A DNA stretch of 44,308 nt from Candidatus Hydromicrobium sp. (lineage in GTDB: Bacteria; Actinomycetota; Humimicrobiia; Humimicrobiales; Humimicrobiaceae), in assembly GCA_036514675.1 (NCBI GenBank), contig DATBWS010000104.1:1-44308 (forward strand), written 5' to 3'. Within the stretch, counting starts at the first letter, position 1; each line of letters opens with the position of its first letter. The notes beneath the pieces are model-generated. The model saw only the letters and a program-made list of their open reading frames with translations. It did no database searches and was not told the DNA's origin. The translations under genes and the position numbers were made by a program. Below, piece after piece: positions 9,288-18,017 of this stretch.

Positions 9288-10568
9288 ATGTTTGAAAATA
9301 AAAAAGATAATCAGATTGTTAAATTACCATTCGGGTTAAGGGATATACTCCCCTTTGAAATAAAAGAGAGAAATAAAATAAAAGAAATAATCGGCAGAGA
9401 GTTTAAATTATGGGGTTATGGTGAAGTTTATACTCCGGTAATCGAATATACAAAAAACATTTCAATTGGGGCAGGCAAGAATTGGAAGGATAAGCTAATT
9501 AATTTTTTCGATGTTGATGGAAGCCCGGTATCTCTTAGAACCGATATGACTATACCTGTGGCAAGGCTTACAGGGATGAGAATAAAAAGAAACCAGCTTC
9601 CGGTTAGATTTTGCTATTTTGCAGATTCTTTCAGACAATCCGGTATTCAAAAAGGTATGAGTAGGATTTACAATCAGGCCGGCATTGAGTTTATCGGCTC
9701 ATCAAGTGCCATAATGGCAGATATTGAAATTCTGGTTATATTAATAAATATTTTGAACGGACTGAATTTACGTAATTATAAAATAGGATTAGGACATGTT
9801 GAATTTATTGAAGGATTATGTGACTGGTTTAAACTTGATCCAAAAGATAGGGAACATATCAAGAAGAAAGTTGTTATGAAAGACTTTGTGGCATTAGAAA
9901 ATTTTCTAAGTAAGAAAAATAAAAATAAAGCGGAGGTTTTTTTAAAATTAATACAGCCGGAGAGTAATATTGAAAGAATATCCGGTTTGATTTCCGGAAT
10001 AAAAGAACAAAAGGTAATTAAAAGTCTGGACTATATTAAAGAAATATATGATATTTTGGAAAGACTTGATTATGGAGGCTGTCTTGTAACTGATTTCAGT
10101 ATTATAAGGGATTTTGATTATTACACCGGGCTTTTATTTGAGGTTTATCACTCAAATATAGCCGATATTATAGGCAGCGGTGGAAGATATGACGGACTTA
10201 TAAAAAAATTCGGAATGGATGTTCCTGCCACCGGATTTGCCCTGGATATAGATTTAACTCATAAGGCTATGAAGGAAATAGACTTGAAGGAGAGTTTAAA
10301 GATTCTAATTAAAGGCGGAAATAATGAAAATGCGGTGGATTTAATGAAATTTGCCCGTAAATTGCGTGATAAAGGTATCATTGTAGAATTATCTTTTGAG
10401 GATATACATGATCCGGAAAGTTTTGCAAAGGAAAAAAATTGTGATTTGCTTGTTGAAGTTGAACCGGACTTAAATAATGTAAAGATAAACGATTTTAAGA
10501 AGAATGTGAAGAGAGTAAAAGAAATAAGCGAATTTATAAAAGAGATAAAAGATGAAAAAAGAAATTAA
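9288..10568 (+). CDS. hisZ: ATP phosphoribosyltransferase regulatory subunit (HisRS paralog)
   Basis: 426 aa class-II aaRS-like protein (LPFGLRDILPFE, YTPVIEY, LRTDMT.PVAR, GSGGRYD). It lacks a clear HisRS catalytic signature and overlaps a short-form hisG by 17 nt. Confidence 0.85.
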   Translation: MFENKKDNQIVKLPFGLRDILPFEIKERNKIKEIIGREFKLWGYGEVYTPVIEYTKNISIGAGKNWKDKLINFFDVDGSPVSLRTDMTIPVARLTGMRIKRNQLPVRFCYFADSFRQSGIQKGMSRIYNQAGIEFIGSSSAIMADIEILVILINILNGLNLRNYKIGLGHVEFIEGLCDWFKLDPKDREHIKKKVVMKDFVALENFLSKKNKNKAEVFLKLIQPESNIERISGLISGIKEQKVIKSLDYIKEIYDILERLDYGGCLVTDFSIIRDFDYYTGLLFEVYHSNIADIIGSGGRYDGLIKKFGMDVPATGFALDIDLTHKAMKEIDLKESLKILIKGGNNENAVDLMKFARKLRDKGIIVELSFEDIHDPESFAKEKNCDLLVEVEPDLNNVKINDFKKNVKRVKEISEFIKEIKDEKRN

Positions 10569-11199
10569 AATTGCAATTCCAAAAGGATATTTGTTTGATC
10601 AGTGTGTGGACATATTAAAAAAAGCAGGGTATAAAATAGAGCCCCTGATGGAAAAAAACAGAAAGCTTTCCATATATTCCGGAGAGGACTCTATGCAATA
10701 TATAATCTCGCGCCCGATGGATGTTCCGGTTTATGTTGAACACGGCGCCTGTGATATTGGCTTTTCGGGTAAAGATGCTTTAATGGAAAAAGAAAGCAAT
10801 GTGTATGAACTGCTGGATCTAAAAAGTGGAAAATGCAGGATAATTTTAGCTACTTTGAAAGACCGTGTGGAAAAAGTAAAAGAGCAGTACAGGCATTTTG
10901 GCTCTATAAGAGTTGCTACCAGCTATCCTAATATTGCAAAAAAATATTTTGACCGGAAAGGGATGCAGGTAGAAATAATAAAACTGCATGGTTCGGTAGA
11001 GCTGGCCCCTATTTTAGGAATTGCTGATGAGATACTGGACATAACTTCTACCGGCAAAACCCTGGAAGAGAATGATTTAATGGAAATGGAAGAAGTTGTT
11101 GTTTCAACTACCAGGTTAATTGCAAATATTACAAGTTATAGAATTAAGTATGATTTAATAAGTAATTTTATGAATAAAATTAAAAATGTAATAAAATAA
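10552..11199 (+). CDS. hisG: ATP phosphoribosyltransferase, short form
   Basis: 215 aa. IAIPKG.L, DVPVYVEHGACDIGFSGKD, DITSTGKTLEEN. There is no C-terminal regulatory domain, consistent with HisZ dependence. Confidence 0.92.
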   Translation: MKKEIKIAIPKGYLFDQCVDILKKAGYKIEPLMEKNRKLSIYSGEDSMQYIISRPMDVPVYVEHGACDIGFSGKDALMEKESNVYELLDLKSGKCRIILATLKDRVEKVKEQYRHFGSIRVATSYPNIAKKYFDRKGMQVEIIKLHGSVELAPILGIADEILDITSTGKTLEENDLMEMEEVVVSTTRLIANITSYRIKYDLISNFMNKIKNVIK

Positions 11200-11203
11200 A
11201 AAA

Positions 11204-11788
11204 ATGAAAAGAAAAACAAAAATAATCAGAAAAACTAAAGAAACTGATATAAAGCTTGAATTTGACCTGGATGGCAGCGGAACTTCTGATATAGAAACTT
11301 CCATACCTTTTTTCAATCATGTACTGGAAAGTTTTACGAGACATGGAAATTTTAATATGAAACTCAGAGCTTCCGGTGACCTGAAGGTAAGCTGCCACCA
11401 TTTAGTGGAGGATGTGGGTATTTGTCTGGGTAAAGCTATTATTGACTGTTTGAAGAATAAAAGCGGGATAAAAAGATTTGGATATATTTTATTACCAATG
11501 GATGAAACAGAAGTAACCGTATCCATGGATATAGGTGGAAGAGCTTATCTGAGATATAATGTTAACGTGGATTATGAAAAAATTGATGGAATGGAAACCA
11601 TTATGGTAGAAGATTTTTTCAGAGCTCTGGTTAGTAATAGCTTTATAAATCTTCATATAAATAAAAATACCGGATTAAACTCCCATCATATAATAGAAGC
11701 AATCTTTAAAGCTTTTGGTATAGTACTATATAATGCGAGTAGACTATCAGGAGCAGGTACTGTACCTTCAACCAAAGGTATAATATAA
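11204..11788 (+). CDS. hisB: Imidazoleglycerol-phosphate dehydratase
   Basis: 194 aa. R.TKET.I...DLDG, FFNHVLESF.RHG, HH.VEDVGI.LG, NSHHIIEAIFKAFG. Confidence 0.93.
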   Translation: MKRKTKIIRKTKETDIKLEFDLDGSGTSDIETSIPFFNHVLESFTRHGNFNMKLRASGDLKVSCHHLVEDVGICLGKAIIDCLKNKSGIKRFGYILLPMDETEVTVSMDIGGRAYLRYNVNVDYEKIDGMETIMVEDFFRALVSNSFINLHINKNTGLNSHHIIEAIFKAFGIVLYNASRLSGAGTVPSTKGII

Positions 11789-11869
11789 GCCCGGATATTA
11801 ATTTTAACCGGACAGTGCTTATTATAAATCAAGAAATAAAGTATCAGATTATAATGTAATGGAGTAAGA

Positions 11870-12490
11870 ATGTATATTGCAATTATAAATTATAATATGG
11901 GAAATATCAGCAGTGTGGAAAATGCTTTTAATAAAATTGGCGCCGATATAAGGGTAACCAGCAATGCAAGGGTTATAAACAATGCTGAAGCACTGATACT
12001 GCCCGGTGTAGGTGCATATAAGGATGCGTGTAAAAGTCTTGAAAAACTGAATATGATTGAAATCTTAAAAGAAAACATAAGAAAGAAAGTCTTTTTAGGA
12101 ATATGCCTGGGAATGCAGTTGCTCTTTGAATATAGCCTGGAAAATGGCAAGAATACAGGACTGGGTATATTAAAAGGTTCTGTTGAAAAAATACCTTCTG
12201 TGGTTAAAGTACCACATATGGGATGGAATCAATTAAAGATATTAAAAAAAGATAGTAAAATATTTTCCGGAATAGAAGAGGGGAAAAATTTTTATTTTGT
12301 TCATTCCTATCGTGTAATTCCGCGCAATAAGGACATTATAAGCAGCACCACAGATTACGGAATGGAAATAGTGGCCAGCATAGAATATGATAATATTTAC
12401 GGGTTCCAGTTCCATCCGGAAAAAAGTAGTGCAGACGGTTTAAAGATCCTGGAAAATTTTTGGAATATAGTAAAGGAAAGAAGCCTGTGA
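11870..12490 (+). CDS. hisH: Imidazole glycerol phosphate synthase, glutamine amidotransferase subunit
   Basis: 206 aa. I.IINYNMGN, LPGVGAY, catalytic GICLGMQLL, PHMGWN, FYFVHSY, FHPEKS. Confidence 0.93.
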   Translation: MYIAIINYNMGNISSVENAFNKIGADIRVTSNARVINNAEALILPGVGAYKDACKSLEKLNMIEILKENIRKKVFLGICLGMQLLFEYSLENGKNTGLGILKGSVEKIPSVVKVPHMGWNQLKILKKDSKIFSGIEEGKNFYFVHSYRVIPRNKDIISSTTDYGMEIVASIEYDNIYGFQFHPEKSSADGLKILENFWNIVKERSL

Positions 12491-13218
12491 CCATAATACC
12501 GGCAATAGACTTAATCAATGGCGCCTGTGTAAGATTAACCAGAGGCAGATTTAATACCCAAAAGAAGTATTTTGATAACCCGATTAAAGCAGCGGGAAAA
12601 TGGAAGGAAGAGGGGGCGGAATGGCTGCATGTCATTGATCTGGATGGTGCCCGGACCGGCAGGCAGAAGAATCTGAATGTGGCATTTGAAATAAAACAAA
12701 AAATAGATATAAAGATACAATATGGCGGTGGAATCAGAAGTCCTGAGGCAATACAGAAAGTTCTGAATGAAGGTATAGATAGAGTTGTACTGGGAACCAG
12801 AGCCATAGAAGATACGGATTTTTTAAAGAGCAGCGTTTCTGATTATAAAAATATGGTTATTATAAGCATTGACTATGGTATAAATGGAATGGTTTACAAA
12901 AACGGCTGGCAGAAAGAATCGGCAATTAGTATATTTGAATTAATAAAAAAAGTGGAGTTGTCCGGTGCGGGAGAAGTGATTATTACCGATATATCAAGAG
13001 ACGGAACACTTGAAGGAGTCAATATAGGGTTTATTAAAAAAATTTTGGAAAGTTCCAGAATGAAATTTATAATTGCCGGAGGTGTCGGCAGCATAGAGGA
13101 TATAGTTAATATAAAGAAAATTGAAAATATGGGAATAATTGGTGTAATAATTGGAAAAGCCTTATACGAGGAAAAAGTTAAGATTAATTTAAGAGAAGCA
13201 ATAGAGATTGGGTCTTAA
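12460..13218 (+). CDS. hisA: ProFAR isomerase (1-(5-phosphoribosyl)-5-[(5-phosphoribosylamino)methylideneamino]imidazole-4-carboxamide isomerase)
   Basis: [51 protein letters not shown]. The ATG at 12460 overlaps hisH by 31 nt. An in-frame GTG at 12487 (GTGA overlap with the hisH stop, AAGGAA upstream) is an equally plausible start. Confidence 0.9.
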   Translation: MEYSKGKKPVTIIPAIDLINGACVRLTRGRFNTQKKYFDNPIKAAGKWKEEGAEWLHVIDLDGARTGRQKNLNVAFEIKQKIDIKIQYGGGIRSPEAIQKVLNEGIDRVVLGTRAIEDTDFLKSSVSDYKNMVIISIDYGINGMVYKNGWQKESAISIFELIKKVELSGAGEVIITDISRDGTLEGVNIGFIKKILESSRMKFIIAGGVGSIEDIVNIKKIENMGIIGVIIGKALYEEKVKINLREAIEIGS

Positions 13219-13222
13219 AAAA

Positions 13223-13981
13223 ATGATAACTAAAAGAGTGATCCCCTGTCTGGATGTAGATAAGGGAAGGGTTGTAAAAGGAATACATTTTATAGATATA
13301 AAAGATGCAGGTGATCCGGTAGAACTGGCAGCTTTTTACGATAGAGAAGGTGCTGATGAAGTAGTGTTTTTAGATATAACAGCTTCTCATGAAAGAAGGA
13401 GAACGGTGGTTGATCTTGCAAGTAAAACTGCTAAAAAAGTATTTATACCATATACTATAGGTGGAGGTATAAGCAAAATAGAGCATATACGGGAGATATT
13501 AAGAAAAGGCGCAGATAAAATCTCCATTAATACATCTGCAGTCAAAGATCCTTCCCTGGTAAGCAGGGCTTCAAAGATTTTTGGAAGTCAGTGTATAGTG
13601 ATTGCCATTGATGCAAAGTACAGAAGCAAGAATTTCTGGGAAGTATATATAAATGGAGGGAGGACTCCTACCGGAATGAATGCATTAGACTGGGTAAAAA
13701 AAGTGGAAGATCTGGGTGCTGGTGAGATACTGCTTACAAGTATGGACAGGGATGGAACAAAGGATGGTTATGATATCGAACTTACCGCTGCGGTTACTTC
13801 TGCAGTAAACATACCGGTCATAGCTTCGGGAGGGGCCGGAAAACTGAAACACTTAAAAGATGTAATAAAATATGCCGGTGCTGACGCAGTTCTTGTGGCA
13901 TCTATTTTTCATTACGGTCAGAATACAATAAGGGAAGCCAAGCAGTATCTAAAATCTGAAGGGATAAATGTAAGAATATAA
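13223..13981 (+). CDS. hisF: Imidazole glycerol phosphate synthase, cyclase subunit
   Basis: [55 protein letters not shown] prefer the ATG at 13223 over the track's TTG at 13208, which overlaps the end of hisA. Confidence 0.93.
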   Translation: MITKRVIPCLDVDKGRVVKGIHFIDIKDAGDPVELAAFYDREGADEVVFLDITASHERRRTVVDLASKTAKKVFIPYTIGGGISKIEHIREILRKGADKISINTSAVKDPSLVSRASKIFGSQCIVIAIDAKYRSKNFWEVYINGGRTPTGMNALDWVKKVEDLGAGEILLTSMDRDGTKDGYDIELTAAVTSAVNIPVIASGGAGKLKHLKDVIKYAGADAVLVASIFHYGQNTIREAKQYLKSEGINVRI

Positions 13982-14003
13982 ATAAAAAGCATTATCAAAA
14001 TAA

Positions 14004-14675
14004 ATGGATCATGAGATTATGAAAAAGAATAATAAAACTAGTAAAGAAAAGAACGATAATATTGGTTTAGTTCCGGCTATCATTCAGGATTATAAAACAG
14101 GCGAGGTTCTTATGCTGGCATATATGAGTAGGGAATCTCTGGCGAAAAGCTTGGAGACTGGCACGACCTGGTTCTGGAGCAGAACAAGAAAGAGATTATG
14201 GAACAAAGGTGAGTCGTCCGGGAATATACAGAAAATAAAAAATATAAAATATGATTGTTATGGAAATTCTTTACTTATCGGCGTGGAACAGGTGGGAAAT
14301 GCCTGTCATACCGGTAGAAAAAGCTGCTTTTACAGGAAACTGAAAGATATTGAGAATGATCTGGACTTTGATAAATATTTCAAGGAAAGCTCAAAACAGA
14401 ATATACTGGATGAATTGTATAGTATTATAGAAGGCAGAATAAAAAACAAAATTCCTGATTCGTATACTTATTCGCTTCATAAAAAAGGACTGGATGAAAT
14501 AATAAAGAAATTTGGAGAAGAGAGTATGGAGGTTGTTCTATCTTCTAAACATCAGGAAAAAAAGGATATGGTTAATGAGATAGCAGATATGATTTATCAT
14601 TTGTTAGTCTTGATGGTTGAAAAGAAGATTACTCTGGAAGAGGTATTTGGTGAATTAAAAAGTAGGAGAAAGTAA
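14004..14675 (+). CDS. hisIE: Bifunctional phosphoribosyl-AMP cyclohydrolase / phosphoribosyl-ATP pyrophosphatase
   Basis: 223 aa. The N-terminal half has [30 protein letters not shown] and C.....GNACHTG..SCF (HisI). The C-terminal half has L..L...I..R.......SYT..L...G...I.KK.GEE..E and E.AD..YHL.VL (HisE). Confidence 0.92.
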   Translation: MDHEIMKKNNKTSKEKNDNIGLVPAIIQDYKTGEVLMLAYMSRESLAKSLETGTTWFWSRTRKRLWNKGESSGNIQKIKNIKYDCYGNSLLIGVEQVGNACHTGRKSCFYRKLKDIENDLDFDKYFKESSKQNILDELYSIIEGRIKNKIPDSYTYSLHKKGLDEIIKKFGEESMEVVLSSKHQEKKDMVNEIADMIYHLLVLMVEKKITLEEVFGELKSRRK

Positions 14676-14679
14676 AGGA

Positions 14680-15654
14680 GTGATTGGAGTGGGAGAAAAA
14701 AGAAGAATTGCGCTTATGACCAGCGGCGGAGATGCCAGCGGGATGAATGCAGTTATAAGAACGGTTACCAGATATGCAATATATTGCAATCTGGATGTTT
14801 ATGGATTTTATGAAGGATATAAGGGACTCATCGGTAATGATTTTAAAGTACTGGATCTAAATTCAGTCGGTGGAATTATTGATAGAGGAGGTACTTTTCT
14901 TTATTCTGCAAGGTCGGAAGAATTTAAATGCAGGGAAGGGCAGAAAAAGGCTATAGCAAATTTGAAAAAAAACGAGATAGAGGGGCTGATTGTAATTGGT
15001 GGAGATGGATCGTTCAGGGGTGCTCATGAACTTCATAAACAGGGAGTTCAGGTTGTAGGAATTCCGGCTACTATAGATAACGATATTGCAGGAACCGACT
15101 ATAGTATAGGATTTGATACAGCGCTTAATGTAATAATTGATATCATCTCTAAAATTAGGGATACAGCATCTTCTCATGAAAGAATATTTGTAATAGAGGT
15201 GATGGGAAGAGATTCAGGAATGATAGCAGTAAACACAGGAGTTGCCTGTGGAGCTGATTATATATTAATTCCTGAAATAGAGGTTGATCTGGTTAATATT
15301 GCCAACCAGATAAAAAACCATAGAGAGGGTAAAAGGCACACCTTAATAATAGTGTCAGAAGGGGCATCCAGCGCAAGCGATGTTGCCTCCTCGATTAAAT
15401 TACTTGTAGGCCATGAAGTGAGAATATCGGTGCTGGGCCATATCCAGAGAGGAGGTTCTCCGTCTGCCATGGATAGAATACTGGCCGCAGAATTTGGTAA
15501 AAAGGCTGTAGAGCTGTTGCTTGAAGGTGAAAGTGATTGTATGGTAGGAATCAGAAGCATGAAAATAGAAACATCAGGATTCGAAGAAATTTTTGAAATA
15601 AAAAAGGTTATAGATAAGGATATATATAAGCTGGCGCATATACTGGCTTTATAA
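14680..15654 (+). CDS. pfkA: ATP-dependent 6-phosphofructokinase
   Basis: 324 aa. RIALMTSGGDASGMNA, GGDGSFRGA, GIPATIDNDI.GTD.SIGFDTA, VMGRDSG, GH.QRGG.PSA.DR. The track start is GTG 14680. GTG 14689 is better spaced from the AAGGAG at 14675-14680. The gene begins only 4-13 nt after the hisIE stop. Confidence 0.92.
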   Translation: MIGVGEKRRIALMTSGGDASGMNAVIRTVTRYAIYCNLDVYGFYEGYKGLIGNDFKVLDLNSVGGIIDRGGTFLYSARSEEFKCREGQKKAIANLKKNEIEGLIVIGGDGSFRGAHELHKQGVQVVGIPATIDNDIAGTDYSIGFDTALNVIIDIISKIRDTASSHERIFVIEVMGRDSGMIAVNTGVACGADYILIPEIEVDLVNIANQIKNHREGKRHTLIIVSEGASSASDVASSIKLLVGHEVRISVLGHIQRGGSPSAMDRILAAEFGKKAVELLLEGESDCMVGIRSMKIETSGFEEIFEIKKVIDKDIYKLAHILAL

Positions 15655-15745
15655 AAATATTTTTTGAAATTTCAGGGTCTCAGGATATTTAATATATAAG
15701 TTATTGACCAGTATTAAATTTTACAGCGAGATTTTATAGTAAGTA

Positions 15746-15834
15746 TGGTGCCGAAGGTCGGGATCGAACCGACACGAACCTCGCGGTTCACTGGATTTTG
15801 AGTCCAGCGCGTCTGCCAGTTCCGCCACTTCGGC
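15746..15834 (-). tRNA. tRNA-Leu (anticodon CAA), class II with long variable arm, genomically encoded CCA
   Basis: Reverse complement reads GCCGAAG-TG-GCGGAACTGGCAGACGC-G-CTGGA-CTCAAAA-TCCAG-(variable arm TGAACCGCGAGGTTCGT)-GTCGG-TTCGATC-CCGAC-CTTCGGC-A-CCA. Acceptor, anticodon and T stems pair perfectly, and the anticodon loop is cuCAAaa. Confidence 0.92.
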
Positions 15835-15842
15835 GCTCTAAA

Positions 15843-15871
15843 ATAATACAATTTATCCGGATTATTATCAA
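15843..15871 (-). promoter_or_regulatory. Sigma-70-type promoter for tRNA-Leu(CAA)
   Basis: The minus strand reads TTGATA-17 nt-TATTAT. The -10 element ends 8 nt upstream of tRNA position 1. Confidence 0.5.
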
Positions 15872-15946
15872 GAATAGCTATAAAATTAAACACCGGTTTT
15901 TATGCTACATGCCTAAAAAAAACTAAGTGGGTAGTATTTTTTTAAA

Positions 15947-15975
15947 TTGACAATTGTATAATAATTTATTATAGT
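15947..15975 (+). promoter_or_regulatory. Consensus-like promoter with no obvious downstream gene
   Basis: TTGACA (15947-15952), a 17-nt spacer, then TATAGT (15970-15975) on the + strand. The only thing downstream is a long hairpin/terminator, followed by the 3' end of a minus-strand gene. Confidence 0.35.
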
Positions 15976-15984
15976 TTATTTACA

Positions 15985-16025
15985 AAGCGTTATTAAATTT
16001 CTATGAAATTTGATGACGCTTTTTT
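15985..16025 (+). terminator. Long hairpin with U-tract (intrinsic terminator-like)
   Basis: AAGCGTTATTAAATTTC (15985-16001) pairs with GAAATTTGATGACGCTT (16005-16021): 17 bp including two G-U pairs, with a 3-nt loop. It is followed by TTTT on the + strand. Confidence 0.45.
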
Positions 16026-16081
16026 ATGAAAAAAATAAAATATAATTAAAAACCAGTATTGTAATATTTCTCAGGCTAAAA

Positions 16082-16108
16082 TTAAGAGAGGCATTGAGCC
16101 TCTCTTAA
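16082..16108 (-). terminator. Intrinsic terminator of the minus-strand glutamate-synthase-like gene
   Basis: Perfect 11-bp stem TTAAGAGAGGC / GCCTCTCTTAA with a 5-nt loop, 33 nt downstream of the stop. On the minus strand it is followed by TTTT. Confidence 0.6.
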
Positions 16109-16140
16109 CCGTAAAAATAACGATCAAAGATTTTTAAAAT

Positions 16141-17724
16141 TTATGAATTCAGGATTTTATCTACTTCCTGCTTATCAAGGTCCATAACATAAGGGATTCC
16201 GGATATTGAGGATGCTTCCCGGGTTAGAGCTGTAATATCATCTCTGTCAATATATTTTAATGCAAATTTTCTGGCGCCTCCCATAAGCTGCTTTAATCCC
16301 TGTTCCAGTCTTTTAAAATAGGAAAATAATCCTACTGCTGATCCCGGGATATCATTTGCCTTATCTTTGAATTCTTTGCGTAGATCTGTCACTTCTACAA
16401 ATATTGACTCCAGGTCAGTTCCATATTTTTCTATTGACTTCGGAATATCCCCTGATTTGATTTTATCGGCAATGGTTTTTCCTACCATACATGCTGTAAT
16501 TGGAGATCGTGCCATTCCAACCAGTTTAAAATACGGTGCACCCAGAGAGAGACCTTTAAAAATCTGATCTTCAAGAACAAATCCACCGGCAATGGCAAGA
16601 TCAGGAATATATTTTCCTTTATCAGCCAGTGTTTTTGCGCAGTTATAGGCAAGGCATTGTATGTAAACTGTAGGAACTCCCCATTCATTCATCATGCGCC
16701 AGGGACTCATTCCAGTGCCTCCACCGGCTCCGTCTATAGTAAGGAGATCAATACCTGCTTCGGAAGAATATTTTATAGCCTTTGCCAGATCAGCCGGCCT
16801 GTAGGCACCGGTCTTTAAAAATACGTATTTTGCTCCGGATTTTCTTAAATTTTCCACAGCGCCGAGGAAATCCTCTCTGTTTACCATTCCAACTCTGGAA
16901 TGTCTTTCGAATTCTTTAAAATCGCCGTGTTTGAATGCATCCTGGACATCGGAATCAAGAGGATCCGGTAATACAATATATCCTCTTTTTTTGATTTCAA
17001 TCGCTCTATTCAAATCATTAATCTTAATTTCACCGCCAATATCTTTTGCTCCCTGACCCCATTTGAGTTCCACTATTTCCACACCCAGCTCTTTTATAGC
17101 ATACTCTAAAACTCCAAATCTTGTGTCTTCCACATTTGACTGTACTACGATTCCTCCATAACCTTTCTGCTGCCATTCTTTATAAAGGGAGACCCTTCTT
17201 TTAAGTTCGGGAGAATTTGTTACTTTTCCCTTACTGTCAAATTCGGAATTGGGGTCGATTCCGCATACATTTTCACCAATAGTCAATATTACACCGCTTA
17301 TAGCAGATCCAATCGCCAGTCCATCCCAGTTTTTTTTGGCTACATCGGTAGAACCCAGGCCGGGAATAATAAAAGGAAGCTTTGATTTTAAATCTTTGTT
17401 CTTGCCAACTGCGGACTCAAGGTCAACATTTGTAAAAATTGCCTTATCGCTGTTTTCTTCTATTCCGTGGGTACCAAATGCAGTTCCCATTATATTAAAA
17501 TGGGAATAATCTATGGGGTAATCTTTTTGCGAAGCTGCAGTAATAATCCCATAAGGCTGCGGGTAAATGGTTTCTGTACCTCTAAAAGATGATTTTCCAA
17601 TTTCGCAAAGCCCCAGACAGCCTTCAATACAGGTTGCGCACATTCCGCTAAACGGGTTTATATTATCCCCGGATAGATTTTTGGTGAGTGTCGCAGAAGA
17701 TGCGTTGATTTTTGAATAACTCAT
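16141..17724 (-). CDS. FMN-binding glutamate synthase family protein (GltB domain-2-like) with an N-terminal CX2CX3CX3C motif
   Basis: 527 aa. Has the glutamate-synthase FMN-domain hallmarks LLTIDGAGGGTGMSP and IAGGF....QIFKGLSLGA. The N terminus carries C29-x2-C32-x3-C36-x3-C40. A strong SD (AAAGGAGC) lies 5 nt upstream of the ATG. No amidotransferase or GXGXG domains are present. Confidence 0.75.
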   Translation of the reverse strand: MSYSKINASSATLTKNLSGDNINPFSGMCATCIEGCLGLCEIGKSSFRGTETIYPQPYGIITAASQKDYPIDYSHFNIMGTAFGTHGIEENSDKAIFTNVDLESAVGKNKDLKSKLPFIIPGLGSTDVAKKNWDGLAIGSAISGVILTIGENVCGIDPNSEFDSKGKVTNSPELKRRVSLYKEWQQKGYGGIVVQSNVEDTRFGVLEYAIKELGVEIVELKWGQGAKDIGGEIKINDLNRAIEIKKRGYIVLPDPLDSDVQDAFKHGDFKEFERHSRVGMVNREDFLGAVENLRKSGAKYVFLKTGAYRPADLAKAIKYSSEAGIDLLTIDGAGGGTGMSPWRMMNEWGVPTVYIQCLAYNCAKTLADKGKYIPDLAIAGGFVLEDQIFKGLSLGAPYFKLVGMARSPITACMVGKTIADKIKSGDIPKSIEKYGTDLESIFVEVTDLRKEFKDKANDIPGSAVGLFSYFKRLEQGLKQLMGGARKFALKYIDRDDITALTREASSISGIPYVMDLDKQEVDKILNS

Positions 17725-17729
17725 AATTT

Positions 17730-17806
17730 GCTCCTTTTTTTATTAATAATATAAAATAAAGGAGCATTACTTCTTATTAGCCACTGCCAATAGAAATATA
17801 TGCTCC
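17730..17806 (-). promoter_or_regulatory. Structured 5' leader with alternative pairings that can sequester the SD
   Basis: Read on the minus strand: GGAGCAT (17800-17806), ATGCTCCTTT (17758-17767), and the SD region AAAGGAGC (17730-17737). The middle segment can pair either with the upstream GGAGCAT (7 bp) or with the SD (8 bp). Confidence 0.35.
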
Positions 17807-17869
17807 AATGCAATAAAGGCTTCTTTGCCTTTTATATATATTTATATTTATAAAATTATTTTTGTTAAG

Positions 17870-17878
17870 TGTTATAAT
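17870..17878 (+). promoter_or_regulatory. Extended -10 element (TGtTATAAT) pointing towards polA
   Basis: TGTTATAAT on the + strand, with no good -35. It overlaps the divergent minus-strand -10 element. Confidence 0.3.
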
Positions 17879-17901
17879 ATAAAATTATGCAATAATGTCA
17901 A
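17874..17901 (-). promoter_or_regulatory. Candidate promoter of the glutamate-synthase-like gene
   Basis: The minus strand reads TTGACA (17896-17901), a 16-nt spacer, then TATTAT (17874-17879). This predicts a leader of about 140 nt. Confidence 0.45.
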
Positions 17902-17920
17902 ACAAAATTATTTTTTTTAC

Positions 17921-17952
17921 CACTATTTTTTAAGAAATAGTGAATTTTTTTT
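17921..17952 (+). terminator. Terminator-like hairpin with T-run in the polA upstream region
   Basis: CACTATTT (17921-17928) pairs with AAATAGTG (17935-17942) around a 6-nt loop, followed by AATTTTTTTT. The stem is AT-rich, so it is weak. Confidence 0.25.
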
Positions 17953-18017
17953 AAAAATATATAAAAGAATTAAAAAGTTTTCCTTCGTAAGTCCCGTTTA
18001 AAATCAAGGAGTTTTGA

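Noticed and set aside
15655-15745. Terminator for pfkA or tRNA-Leu(CAA) in the 91-bp spacer (palindrome TGAAATTTCA).
   Set aside because: The palindrome has no loop and only A/T pairs. No convincing stem plus U-run exists on either strand.
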